Shown piece after piece: positions 50,654 to 59,788 of a stretch of DNA of 64,000 bases. How positions within the stretch are numbered: the stretch's first letter is position 1; every line of letters begins with the position of its first letter. The notes beneath the pieces are model-generated. The model worked only from the letters and a program-made list of their open reading frames with translations. It was not told the origin of the DNA and made no database searches. The translations under genes and the position numbers were made by a program. The DNA is taken from the NCBI GenBank assembly GCA_963833125.1, contig CAWHWX010000001.1, positions 96,001 through 160,000 on the forward strand. Direction: 5' to 3'. Source of the stretch: Candidatus Bathyarchaeota archaeon (lineage in GTDB: Archaea > Thermoproteota > Bathyarchaeia > 40CM-2-53-6).

Positions 50654-52768
50654 ATGGAGCCGACACAGGTTCGGAGAACGTCATCTCATCTACTGAAGAG
50701 CCTAACCTCTCTAACCCATTATTTCTTCCTCCTCATCTTGGTAGCCAGTTTGATGAATCAGTCTCTGGTTGTCCCAGCTCTATCAACCCAATCATCTGGA
50801 TCGGAGACAAAGTATGCGAAGCTCGGGTTGGAAGCTGCAAACTGGATCGCTTCATTCCAAGTAACACCGCTCAACGACACATGGGGTATACCATACAGAG
50901 ACGAACGAGCTTGGGGAATGGATCCGTACTACTTTGAGAATGGAACCATAACAGCCGGAACGGGAAGCATCGCGGGCGGAGAACGACAAAAACTAGCGTA
51001 CCTAATCGGAGGACATGACGCGGGCGAAGGAGCTAACGCCGCTCTCGACGCTTACCTAGAAACAGGGGATCCAAAGTATTTGGAAATCTTCAACGTTTAC
51101 TACGGATATTTCCAAGGTTCCCAAATACCAGGCACGAGAAGCATAACCCCTGGGCACGCTGTACTTAGCGCGAATGGAAAAAATATTAGCGTTGATAATT
51201 CCGGATTTTGGGCAGAACAAGCCAGCGTCTCGGCTGGCGCCAATGGTAATTATGGAAGCGAAGACGACCGCACTACGCTTCAAGCGATTTATCCCGCCGC
51301 TGAACACGGAAACCCGATCGCTACAACTCTGATTGCATATTATCGCTTCACACACGACCCGACCGCACTCGTCATGCTCAACCGGTATGGAAGTTGGTTA
51401 GTGGCAACACAGATTCATAGTGGAAATTATTCCGGCGCTTTCCCCGTCACTCAATATTACTTCGGAATAGGTTGGAAACCGAGAATGTACGAAACCACCG
51501 AGTCAGCGTGGGTTCTCACAGAATTGTACATGCTCACCGGAAACAAAACTTACCTGAACTCAGCTGAGGCCGCGGGGCAGTACATGCTCTCAAGGCAATT
51601 CATCGGCCCCGAATGGGAGGACAAGCCAGTTTACGGTGCACTGCCGTATGAGTGGAATGATACGCATTATTCAAACAGTGTTTCCACCAATCACGCTGGC
51701 TTCACGATCCTTGCTTGGTCACAACTCTACAGGCTAACGCAAGATCAACGATACCTGACTGCGGCGGAGAAATATGCCAATTGGCTCCTCAGCTTCCAGG
51801 TCACTAATACAGATGCGAATTGGGGAAACCACACCTATGCTAACGACAGTATGGCAGTAGGAGGATATTACTACGGTTACCAGACGGCAACACATCAATT
51901 CGGTTGGCGGGTCGCCGAGTCATTATGGAGCGCAGCCTACGCAATACCGGCACTCCTAGTGATCTCACAACTCACAGGCGATAGCGACTACTACGATTCA
52001 GCCCTGCTTGCAGCCGACTGGCTGACCCAAATGAGATACCCAGACCAGGCCCTTATGCCCGTTCAGGCCTTAGCGATCATCAAGTATCCAATCTCAAGTT
52101 GGTGGGGCCTCTTCCCACAATACTACCAACTCGACATGCGCGAAGTGGAAAAAGCCGGCATAGTATCTTTCGTCCAGGCAGGAATGAAGAACGAGTCCTC
52201 TATTCGAGACCAAGAAACGACCTGGTTCGAAAAAACCTTCGGCGTCAATTTCAACCTAATCGATTACGCGATGGCAAGTCGCGGCCCGACATTCATGAAG
52301 ATGGCGTGGAGTTGGTGGCCAAACGTAGGCTTCGAACCAAGATATGGCGGAGACATAGCATTCGGAGCGTTTGCTATTAATAGCTACCTAACATTCAACT
52401 CTAGTTCGTATGAGGCGGCTCAGATTCTTGAGCAAATCGGCCAGATGACTGGAAACGACACAACCTCTCTCCCTCAGAACATCACATCTTCATACTACGA
52501 GGCTGCCAACCTCGTGACCGCCGCCCAAGAGAACTTCAACCTAGGCTGGTACACAGTCGCGAAAGGACAGATCAACGACGCACTCACCTACGCAAAAGCA
52601 GCACTAAGCGAACTTCAACCACTCATCCCTCTTAGACAAAACAACACAACCCTCCTAACACTCCTGGCAGGCGCAGTCGCCATTATTCTCGTATCGAATA
52701 TGTATTGGTACAAACGATTAACCGGAATGACCAAGCACCGCATTCGTCACAGGAAAAGGCGAAAGTAA
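50654..52768 (+). CDS. Secreted, C-terminally anchored alpha/alpha-barrel protein (glycoside-hydrolase/cyclase-like)
   Basis: N-terminal hydrophobic segment, repeated LY.LTG...Y..AA...A.WL...Q motifs, C-terminal TM plus basic tail. Confidence 0.7.
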   Translation: MEPTQVRRTSSHLLKSLTSLTHYFFLLILVASLMNQSLVVPALSTQSSGSETKYAKLGLEAANWIASFQVTPLNDTWGIPYRDERAWGMDPYYFENGTITAGTGSIAGGERQKLAYLIGGHDAGEGANAALDAYLETGDPKYLEIFNVYYGYFQGSQIPGTRSITPGHAVLSANGKNISVDNSGFWAEQASVSAGANGNYGSEDDRTTLQAIYPAAEHGNPIATTLIAYYRFTHDPTALVMLNRYGSWLVATQIHSGNYSGAFPVTQYYFGIGWKPRMYETTESAWVLTELYMLTGNKTYLNSAEAAGQYMLSRQFIGPEWEDKPVYGALPYEWNDTHYSNSVSTNHAGFTILAWSQLYRLTQDQRYLTAAEKYANWLLSFQVTNTDANWGNHTYANDSMAVGGYYYGYQTATHQFGWRVAESLWSAAYAIPALLVISQLTGDSDYYDSALLAADWLTQMRYPDQALMPVQALAIIKYPISSWWGLFPQYYQLDMREVEKAGIVSFVQAGMKNESSIRDQETTWFEKTFGVNFNLIDYAMASRGPTFMKMAWSWWPNVGFEPRYGGDIAFGAFAINSYLTFNSSSYEAAQILEQIGQMTGNDTTSLPQNITSSYYEAANLVTAAQENFNLGWYTVAKGQINDALTYAKAALSELQPLIPLRQNNTTLLTLLAGAVAIILVSNMYWYKRLTGMTKHRIRHRKRRK

Positions 52769-52815
52769 CAAAAGTCTTTTCAGCTTGAAACGTCTTGAAC
52801 CAAAAGGACTTGTAA

Positions 52816-53526
52816 ATGGCTAGAATCTCGAGACGACAATTCGTTTCAACCTCAGCTTTTACTGCTGGCGGCTTTGCTCTAGGTTACGTAACCAAGAGCC
52901 TTATCCTGTCACAAATCCTACCGTCACCCGAACCCGCGGTAAACACCCCCGGCGATGCCTTGAACAACCTGATGGCGGGAAACGCACGTTTCATGCAGGG
53001 TTCACCGATTCACCCGAATCAGTCGGCAGAACGGCAGGCGGAAGTGGCTCAGGGGCAACACCCGTGGGCGGCGATTCTTGGATGTATTGACTCTCGAGTG
53101 CCCCCTGAACTTGTCTTCGATCAGGGATTAGGGGATCTCTTCGTGGCGCGGACGGCGGGCCAAGTTATCGATAATGTCGTTATAGGCAGCCTCGAGTACG
53201 CTGTCGAAGAAGGCGTGAAATTGGTAATGGTGCTGGGTCACCAAAGCTGCGGAGCGGTAAAGGCGACTATCCAGACCCTTCAAAGCAACGGCCATGCCGA
53301 CGGCCAGATCGCAACATTAGTTGAGGCCATCAAACCCGCAGTAATGGAAGCACAGTTCGAACCAGGAGACCTACTCGATAACTCGATAAGAGCAAATGTA
53401 GCATTGGAAATTGAATACCTGAAATCATCGAGTCAAATAATATCGCAAGCCCTAGCCCAAGGTTCAATCGACTTGGTCGGCGCCATTTATGATCTTGGGA
53501 CTGGCGCGGTAACCGTAATGTCGTAA
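52816..53526 (+). CDS. Beta-class carbonic anhydrase with twin-arginine signal
   Basis: SRRQFV, GCIDSRV, GHQSCGAV. Confidence 0.93.
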   Translation: MARISRRQFVSTSAFTAGGFALGYVTKSLILSQILPSPEPAVNTPGDALNNLMAGNARFMQGSPIHPNQSAERQAEVAQGQHPWAAILGCIDSRVPPELVFDQGLGDLFVARTAGQVIDNVVIGSLEYAVEEGVKLVMVLGHQSCGAVKATIQTLQSNGHADGQIATLVEAIKPAVMEAQFEPGDLLDNSIRANVALEIEYLKSSSQIISQALAQGSIDLVGAIYDLGTGAVTVMS

Positions 53527-53614
53527 GGTATAACCGAGCGCTCAGAAAAACCCCGTCCGATACTAAAATCAAAAGAGAAAATCGGAGCCCGCACAGACAT
53601 CAGACTAGGTAGGC

Positions 53615-53695
53615 CTATGCTACCATTTCCTCTTGTCTAATGTTCTTGTCGTGCTCGGTACCTAACTTCATCTTAACCTTACGTTTCTTAGCCAT
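53615..53695 (-). CDS. 26-aa basic microprotein
   Basis: MAKKRKVKMKLGTEHDKNIRQEEMVA with GGAGGTGA Shine-Dalgarno just upstream. Confidence 0.5.
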   Translation of the reverse strand: MAKKRKVKMKLGTEHDKNIRQEEMVA

Positions 53696-53827
53696 CTCAA
53701 CTCACCTCCAAGCTTGACTAGAACAAATGAAGCCCAACCGAGTATTTAGCATGGTTTGGAGAAAAAGTCTGCATTGGAGAATGTTCCGCATTTCCACTTA
53801 GTCGAGCAACTCCACTCCCATTCGAGG

Positions 53828-54106
53828 CTAGGCAGAGTTTCGGTCCATGTAACGATCAGCAATCACCCTGGCTCTCTCATACGCACCAATCCAATCCCTC
53901 GGTCCCTTGGCACAACCCATTCCAATGAGCTTACCCTTCAAATCATTGCTCGAGATCGGATTCGTCTCAAACGCGAGAACCGCATAGCACCGGTTGGGCT
54001 GCGCAGTGAAAATGTCGATCATGACATACTTGCTCTTAGCTCGTCTTTTCCAAAGGAAAGGATTGCCATTGATCCCTCTGTCTACAACACGCCATGCCCT
54101 TGTCAA
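53828..54106 (-). CDS. Hypothetical protein
   Basis: 92-aa ORF downstream of the methyltransferase; no family recognised. Confidence 0.3.
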   Translation of the reverse strand: MTRAWRVVDRGINGNPFLWKRRAKSKYVMIDIFTAQPNRCYAVLAFETNPISSNDLKGKLIGMGCAKGPRDWIGAYERARVIADRYMDRNSA

Positions 54107-54159
54107 GATTCCATCACGGCTAGTCAGCTTAGTCTAGGAAATTAACCGTAACGCCATTA

Positions 54160-55050
54160 TCATTGGGCTGGTGGCTTCCAAAAATCTAGCAGATATTCGA
54201 ACGTTGTTCCCATCGTGATGTAGTTTGATGGCCAGCCGAAAATTCCAACTTTGTTCACTATGTTCGTTCGATCCCAAATGATCGTATTACGGAACTCGTA
54301 GCCTGCTCCGACAAGGGATTGATGGATGTTGATGTGGATTGGGATTCTTTTTCCGTACCTCTCGCTCTTCCACCACATATCTGGAACGTTGATGACTACA
54401 TGACCGTGCGGCTTTAGAAGAGGAAGAAGCTTCGCATAGACTCCCTTCACCTCTTCCGCATAGCGTTCAACTTCAAGCGTCCCCAGATCCTTTGGGTCTT
54501 GACTGTACTGCTCAACCCTTAGGAACTGCTTGTTTCGCCTGAGGTCACCGCGTCTACTCTTGTTGAGTCGGGCTCGGTTTAGCAGGTTCGCGTAGGGCGG
54601 CGACGTGAAGATTAGGCTGAGAGATTCGGGTTCTAAATATTCCGAAATGCTTCTAGCGTCGTCACAGATCACAATCTGTTTCGTTCGCCTATCGGGTTTG
54701 TTGTTGGAGACACGTTGTTTGGAGATGTGACAATAGGTGGGGTTTATGTCGAAACCGACTCCGTTTCTTTCAAGGTCACTGCAAGCAACGAGAGTCGTCC
54801 CGATCCCGTTGAACGGGTCTAGGACCAGCTCGCCGCGATGTGTAAACAGCTCAATGACCCTCCGAGCTAGGGCGATTGGCATTACAGCGGGATGGATCTC
54901 TTTGTCTCGGACATCACGCCCTTCGTAGAAAACCTCCCAGACACCTATCTGAGCCTTAATCCATTCCTTCGCAGTCAAACAATTCAGGTGATTCTCAGGG
55001 CAGTTGCACAGCCTCTCCCCTGAAAATTCAACCCTCTTAGGAACCTGCAT
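54160..55050 (-). CDS. DNA amino-methyltransferase (N4-C/N6-A)
   Basis: HPA, VLDPFNGIGTT (motif I) preceding FTSPPY (motif IV). Confidence 0.9.
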   Translation of the reverse strand: MQVPKRVEFSGERLCNCPENHLNCLTAKEWIKAQIGVWEVFYEGRDVRDKEIHPAVMPIALARRVIELFTHRGELVLDPFNGIGTTLVACSDLERNGVGFDINPTYCHISKQRVSNNKPDRRTKQIVICDDARSISEYLEPESLSLIFTSPPYANLLNRARLNKSRRGDLRRNKQFLRVEQYSQDPKDLGTLEVERYAEEVKGVYAKLLPLLKPHGHVVINVPDMWWKSERYGKRIPIHINIHQSLVGAGYEFRNTIIWDRTNIVNKVGIFGWPSNYITMGTTFEYLLDFWKPPAQ

Positions 55051-55080
55051 AGAACAAACCCTGCCTCATGAGCCGCGATT

Positions 55081-55407
55081 TCAATATCGTGGCGTCGATG
55101 GATCTATCTCCAGTGCCCACTGATCGATGCCCCCTTTGAGGTTCTTCACTTTCTTGAATCCACGCTGACGCAGGAGGTTTACTACCCATGCACTTCGTTC
55201 TCCGACATGGCAATAGAAAACGTACTCATTGTTGGGGTTAAGATCGTTGACGCCCGTCCAAAATTGGCCCATGGGGATTAACGTGCTTCCTTCTATGTGG
55301 CAGAAATCGTACTCGTAACGTTCTCTCACGTCGACAAGGCGAACCTTGGTTCCGCTGTCGATTAGGTGCTTGAGGTTTTTGACGGTAATCTCAAACTCCT
55401 CTTCCAT
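55081..55407 (-). CDS. Rhodanese-domain protein
   Basis: LVDVRE..EY...HI.G, YCHVGERS, NLKGGIDQW. Confidence 0.92.
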   Translation of the reverse strand: MEEEFEITVKNLKHLIDSGTKVRLVDVRERYEYDFCHIEGSTLIPMGQFWTGVNDLNPNNEYVFYCHVGERSAWVVNLLRQRGFKKVKNLKGGIDQWALEIDPSTPRY

Positions 55408-55473
55408 TCATCTTGCCTCGATTTATCGATCTATGCTAGTATCGGATCCCTGTGGTGAGTTGTGATTGTGTGG

Positions 55474-55821
55474 CTAGGCAACATAGAAGTAGGTTTCTCC
55501 GTCCTTCTCGCTGGCGATTATATCGCCTCTATCGGCTAACTCTCGCAGTTTGACAATGAAGAAAGTTTCTCGTGCCACACTAATTCTAATTTCGTGCTCT
55601 TTCACGTCGACTTCACTTGGTAACTCAACCGGTTCTGAATAGGGTCGAGATGGTGTAGGAAGAAGTGCTTGATAGATCTCATCCGAAGAGAACGCTCTTC
55701 CCTTATTCTTTGCCAGAAAATCAATAATATGAGGTTTAATCATGAAATCGGGCGACTCGAATTTCTTTTGGGATAACGTAGCAACGCGCAACTTCCTTGC
55801 CTCAGCAACAGGAATCGGCAT
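55474..55821 (-). CDS. Putative winged-helix protein
   Basis: IIDFLAKNKGRAFSSDEI...LRELADRGDI...ETYFY. Confidence 0.6.
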   Translation of the reverse strand: MPIPVAEARKLRVATLSQKKFESPDFMIKPHIIDFLAKNKGRAFSSDEIYQALLPTPSRPYSEPVELPSEVDVKEHEIRISVARETFFIVKLRELADRGDIIASEKDGETYFYVA

Positions 55822-55898
55822 GGCTCAAAGATACTTTGAAGGTTTCGATAAGAATTTCGCATTCAGGCGTGTCGCAGAAATCATGTGTCTTCTCTGAT

Positions 55899-55926
55899 TT
55901 GTGTGCGCACCAATATACCCGCACAC
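55899..55926 (-). repeat. Isolated 28-bp repeat copy
   Basis: Minus strand GTGTGCGGGTA-TATTGG-TGCGCACACAA. Confidence 0.85.
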
Positions 55927-55983
55927 ATGAAAACGATTGATCTCCTTGGTCTTCATGAATGACGGTTAGAGATGTAAAGGGGG

Positions 55984-56370
55984 TTAGTCTAGAACCATCT
56001 TTACAAATTTGGGTTTAATCTTGAGTATGATTCTGTCCCTATCGTTCCACGGGTAGTCTTTGCCGAGATATTTTCTGGCCAAGCGATTGATGTGATCTAA
56101 TGCGCCTTGCTGCGTTTGTTCGATAACTTTTCCTCTTATGAACAAATGTCTGTAAGGATTCTTCTCTTGGGTCATGCTAATCGCCACCCTTGGATCTCTT
56201 GAAATATTCTTCTGTTTGGTCCTTCCAGGAACAGTGTTTACCAAAAGCATGTCTCCAACACGATCGATCCACACGGGAGATACGTGCGGAGAACCATCAG
56301 GCATCGAAGTAGCCAAATACGCAAAATTCTTTCCCTCAATTATTTCAATCGCTTCTGGGTTGAATATCAT
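55984..56370 (-). CDS. PPOX-class (pyridoxamine 5'-phosphate oxidase-like) F420-dependent enzyme
   Basis: AYLAT..PDGSPHVSPVW...K.KNI.RDPRVA. Confidence 0.9.
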   Translation of the reverse strand: MIFNPEAIEIIEGKNFAYLATSMPDGSPHVSPVWIDRVGDMLLVNTVPGRTKQKNISRDPRVAISMTQEKNPYRHLFIRGKVIEQTQQGALDHINRLARKYLGKDYPWNDRDRIILKIKPKFVKMVLD

Positions 56371-57096
56371 ACCCCGTCTCTCTGTCGAACGCTAATAACT
56401 CCTAGAATAAAGGAATCTCTTAAGACATGACCTGTCGGTAATGCAGAAGACTCTCATTCACTTACTCGTGTCGCCTAATGGGATATCGGACGTGAAAGGG
56501 GTTCAGCCAATAAGATCATTGGCTCCGAAACTTGCTTTCAAAATATGCTGCGGTTAATTCTGAATTTGAACGCAAGATCCGGAGTCAACCCACTTATCAC
56601 ATCACGACATAACTGATCGAGCAAGTGGTTTGAATGAGTATGCTAACGATCTTCCTAAACAGGCTGAGCCACGTTGTTTCCATTCCTCGATTGCTCAATT
56701 TCACTTATGCGAGTCTGCTTTGCTTAATGAGACCGACACTTGGTTCTATACGTGTTAGGGAATGGGCGTCGATCAGAGAGAAGAATCAGTATGGTAAGGT
56801 CAGGCTGGTAATGCGATCACATGACGAAGCAGTCACTCGCAGAGTGATGCTAAGGTAGACAACAATCCAGGTGAGCGTAGGGGATTCTGATCCAAATTTA
56901 ACGGTAAGTATACGCTGCGCACCGTGCTTTCTGACTCTCAGTGGACTTTTTGCCCATCAATGTGAGTATTACTGATGTTCTAGCGGACATTTCTGCGGTA
57001 GTAGGCAGTATGCAGGGCTATCTTGTTTGCATATAATTGCCCTTCAATACAAGAGATTCAATGGCTGTGACAAGAAAATAGTCGCGTGAGATTTCC

Positions 57097-57657
57097 TTAC
57101 AGGGTCTTCTTGAAGATCCATCGTTCACTGCCCAGCTTGCGTTCCTTGGTGAAGCCCAGGGAAGCGAAGAGATCAGGGGTCCCGTTCCAAAGCAAATTCG
57201 ATGAATGCCTCTTCCGAGGATCTACCGGGTAACCTTCAACCACTTCCGCGCCGTGAGCTTTCATGTAGTGAAGAGCACCTTCCAAAGCCGCAGCCGCCAC
57301 GCCTTTCCTCCTGTAATCGCGGTCAGTGAAGAAACAGGTTATCCTCCAGAGATTCCCAGGCGTGGGTCTATAGTCCTTCATGTTCTCGATACGTGGCAAT
57401 TCCTCGCTTGGACCGAACTGGCACCAACCAACAGGTTTTCCGCCGTGATACACGATTACTCCGTGCGCTTTCCCTTGCATCACTAGTGCGTGTTTCTTTG
57501 CTTTGTTCTGCTCTCGATTCTTATCCCTCCAACCTTCCGCGACCTGATAGAACATGCACCAGCAACCACCTTGCACCCCACCGTGCCTCTCGAATAACCT
57601 CTCAAAATCAACCCAAGTTGAAAGCGACAACTCCCTAGTTTCATAATGAAGACTCAT
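57097..57657 (-). CDS. GNAT family N-acetyltransferase (paralogue of 25204-25803)
   Basis: GGCWC, VGWCQFGP.EELP, WRITCFF, RRKGVA, EGYP. Confidence 0.88.
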   Translation of the reverse strand: MSLHYETRELSLSTWVDFERLFERHGGVQGGCWCMFYQVAEGWRDKNREQNKAKKHALVMQGKAHGVIVYHGGKPVGWCQFGPSEELPRIENMKDYRPTPGNLWRITCFFTDRDYRRKGVAAAALEGALHYMKAHGAEVVEGYPVDPRKRHSSNLLWNGTPDLFASLGFTKERKLGSERWIFKKTL

Positions 57658-57906
57658 CTTGGGACTCTTCCTACCCTGGATGACCAAGTCGTGGCGAGAC
57701 TTCTGCCTTTATGTTCCTGAAGGTTATGAGGATGTCACTGTGGACTTGCTTCGTGACGGCGAAATACGAACGGGGTCATTGGACCGTCTTTTCTGAAGTA
57801 CGCTGTTCTCCTTCCGGGATCAGTAGGATTTTGACCCGAAACTAAGTCGGAGTTAGACTATTACTGTTCGCTTCAATAATCACCTGGTTGTGGAGACGAC
57901 GACGGA

Positions 57907-58368
57907 ATGAGGATTTTGTTTGTCTGTTCTGGCAACACTTGTCGAAGCCCTATGGCTGAAGGAATTGCTCGCAAGATGTTTGGAGCCAATGTTCATGTCG
58001 AAAGCGCCGGAACCCACGCCCATGTTAGGGACCCCCCGGCCGCCAATGCTGTGAAAACTATACGTGACAAATTCGGAGTGCACATTTCGTCACATCGATC
58101 ACGAAGCGTAAATGAAGTGCACATCGAAGATTTCGATTACATTGTTCCAATGGCCGACGATATTCAAGACGATCTGAAGAAAAGCTTTCCAAGCTTAGGC
58201 AAGAAACTGATGCCCTCATGGGGAATAGATGACCCCTACCGCGGCGACCTCCACACATATCAAGAAACGGCCACTAAAATTCAGAAACATATGAAAGAGC
58301 TTTCCACTTTCCTCAAAAATACAAAGAAACGACTCAACGACGGCAAAGATGAACACGAGGGATCCTGA
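57907..58368 (+). CDS. Low-molecular-weight protein tyrosine phosphatase/ArsC family
   Basis: ILFVCSGNTCRSPMAE, SAGT, IDDPY. Confidence 0.92.
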   Translation: MRILFVCSGNTCRSPMAEGIARKMFGANVHVESAGTHAHVRDPPAANAVKTIRDKFGVHISSHRSRSVNEVHIEDFDYIVPMADDIQDDLKKSFPSLGKKLMPSWGIDDPYRGDLHTYQETATKIQKHMKELSTFLKNTKKRLNDGKDEHEGS

Positions 58369-58402
58369 CCTCAATATAACGTCACATATGGAAGGGTGAC
58401 GA

Positions 58403-58717
58403 GTGAGATTGTTGTATGCGTTGCGAGCAGCGTCGGATGGCATCAGGTTAACGCTGAACGTGAAGCCGCTGAGAAGCGAAACCAAACTGATCTGCGAGCC
58501 GGATGGAACACTCACAATCCATGTCGCTGCGCCTCCGATAAAAGGCAAAGCTAATCGCGAGATCGTAAGATGGATGTCCAAGACGCTCCGAACATCATCC
58601 TCGAATGTGCAGCTAGTTGCTGGCGTCCATTCGAACGTGAAAGTCATCCAAATCACAGGAATGACTGAGGTTGAAATCACCTCGATATTAGGGATTAAAG
58701 CGGATGCGAGGAAATGA
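58403..58717 (+). CDS. DUF167 (YggU) family protein
   Basis: VKP...V.APP.KGKAN.E......L.......V.LV.G. Confidence 0.85.
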   Translation: MRLLYALRAASDGIRLTLNVKPLRSETKLICEPDGTLTIHVAAPPIKGKANREIVRWMSKTLRTSSSNVQLVAGVHSNVKVIQITGMTEVEITSILGIKADARK

Positions 58718-58880
58718 AATCAACCAGCTCCAAGTGCGTTTCTATCTAGTTTCTCCCCTGGTGTGTGATCATTACATCCAGACACGGGAGCCACGATACG
58801 GACTTGAACTCGATTAAGGTCAGAGTCGCCTTTATAGAGCGGCTTCCTCGTTATTTTCATAAGATCAGGAGTAAAATGGA

Positions 58881-59045
58881 ATGGCATTAGTCGTTAAATC
58901 AGCGGTACGTACTCGGTTGAAAGGTATGAGGGCTTCTGGAGATTTCTTCAAAGCTTTGGACAAGCACCTAGCTGATGAATTGGCAAAGGCAGTCGCCAGA
59001 GCCAAAGCAAATGGCAGGAAGACTCTAAGGCCGGAAGACCTCTAA
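58881..59045 (+). CDS. Short archaeal histone-fold protein (54 aa; absent from the ORF track)
   Basis: MALVVKSAVRTRLKGMRASGDFFKALDKHLADELAKAVARAKANGRKTLRPEDL; histone RKT....D motif. Confidence 0.88.
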   Translation: MALVVKSAVRTRLKGMRASGDFFKALDKHLADELAKAVARAKANGRKTLRPEDL

Positions 59046-59261
59046 GCTCTCCCCTTCTTGTTTCATTTAATTGTAGCCTCGCTCTTGTTGTAACAAATGG
59101 CCGAGACGTACCGGCAACCTGTTGCTCAGAGTTTGAGTAGGAGATTCTGACCCCAATTTACCTGAACATAACTACCAGTACACCATAAGCCGGGGTTTGA
59201 GGATGAGGTAGGAGAACCGATATAGCGTTGATCATTGTTCTCTAGTGGCGTCGTTTTGGCC

Positions 59262-59375
59262 ATGTTGCCTAAGTTCGAGAAGGAAGGGGAACGGTTTGTG
59301 TGTGATAAGTGTGGGTTCGAAACGAACAGTCCGGAAATCTTCCCTCTGCACAAGAAGAATTGTCCCAGAGTCTAG
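59262..59375 (+). CDS. 37-aa zinc-finger microprotein
   Basis: MLPKFEKEGERFVCDKCGFETNSPEIFPLHKKNCPRV (CxxC-x12-H-x3-C). Confidence 0.6.
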   Translation: MLPKFEKEGERFVCDKCGFETNSPEIFPLHKKNCPRV

Positions 59376-59450
59376 TACCCTCTACTCCCCTTCTATCGAG
59401 TCCCACGCACGAGAAGTATACGACGTGAAAGGTGCGCTGCTTGTTCGGAG

Positions 59451-59660
59451 GTGAGTGTTTTGGTTTGGAAAATCATTGAATTAGTAGGCGAATCGAAAGA
59501 GAGCTTTGCGGACGCAACCCGAAATGCAATCGCTGAAGCAAGTAAAACAGTTAAGCAGATGCAATGGTTCGAAGCTACCGGCTTCAGGGGAACTATTCAG
59601 GACGGCAAAGTGAGTCAATTCCAGACAGTAGTGCGAATCGGGTTCAAGGTCGAGCGATAG
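59451..59660 (+). CDS. Dodecin family flavin-binding protein
   Basis: KIIELVG.S..SF.DA..NAI..A.KT......WFE...G.I.DG.V..FQ....IGF. Confidence 0.92.
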   Translation: MSVLVWKIIELVGESKESFADATRNAIAEASKTVKQMQWFEATGFRGTIQDGKVSQFQTVVRIGFKVER

Positions 59661-59788
59661 TCAAATTACTACGTCAGTTCCCTATTTTAGCCGGATTCCC
59701 GGTGGGTTACTAGGACTCTCGTCCACCACTTGACACATCATCAACAACCCCATCACTAGACGTAAACTACGGGTTTGGGCGAGCTTGA

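Noticed and set aside
56400-57090. About 700-bp gap as an ncRNA or gene
   Set aside because: No convincing ORF, structure or family motif was recognised. It may be decayed sequence.
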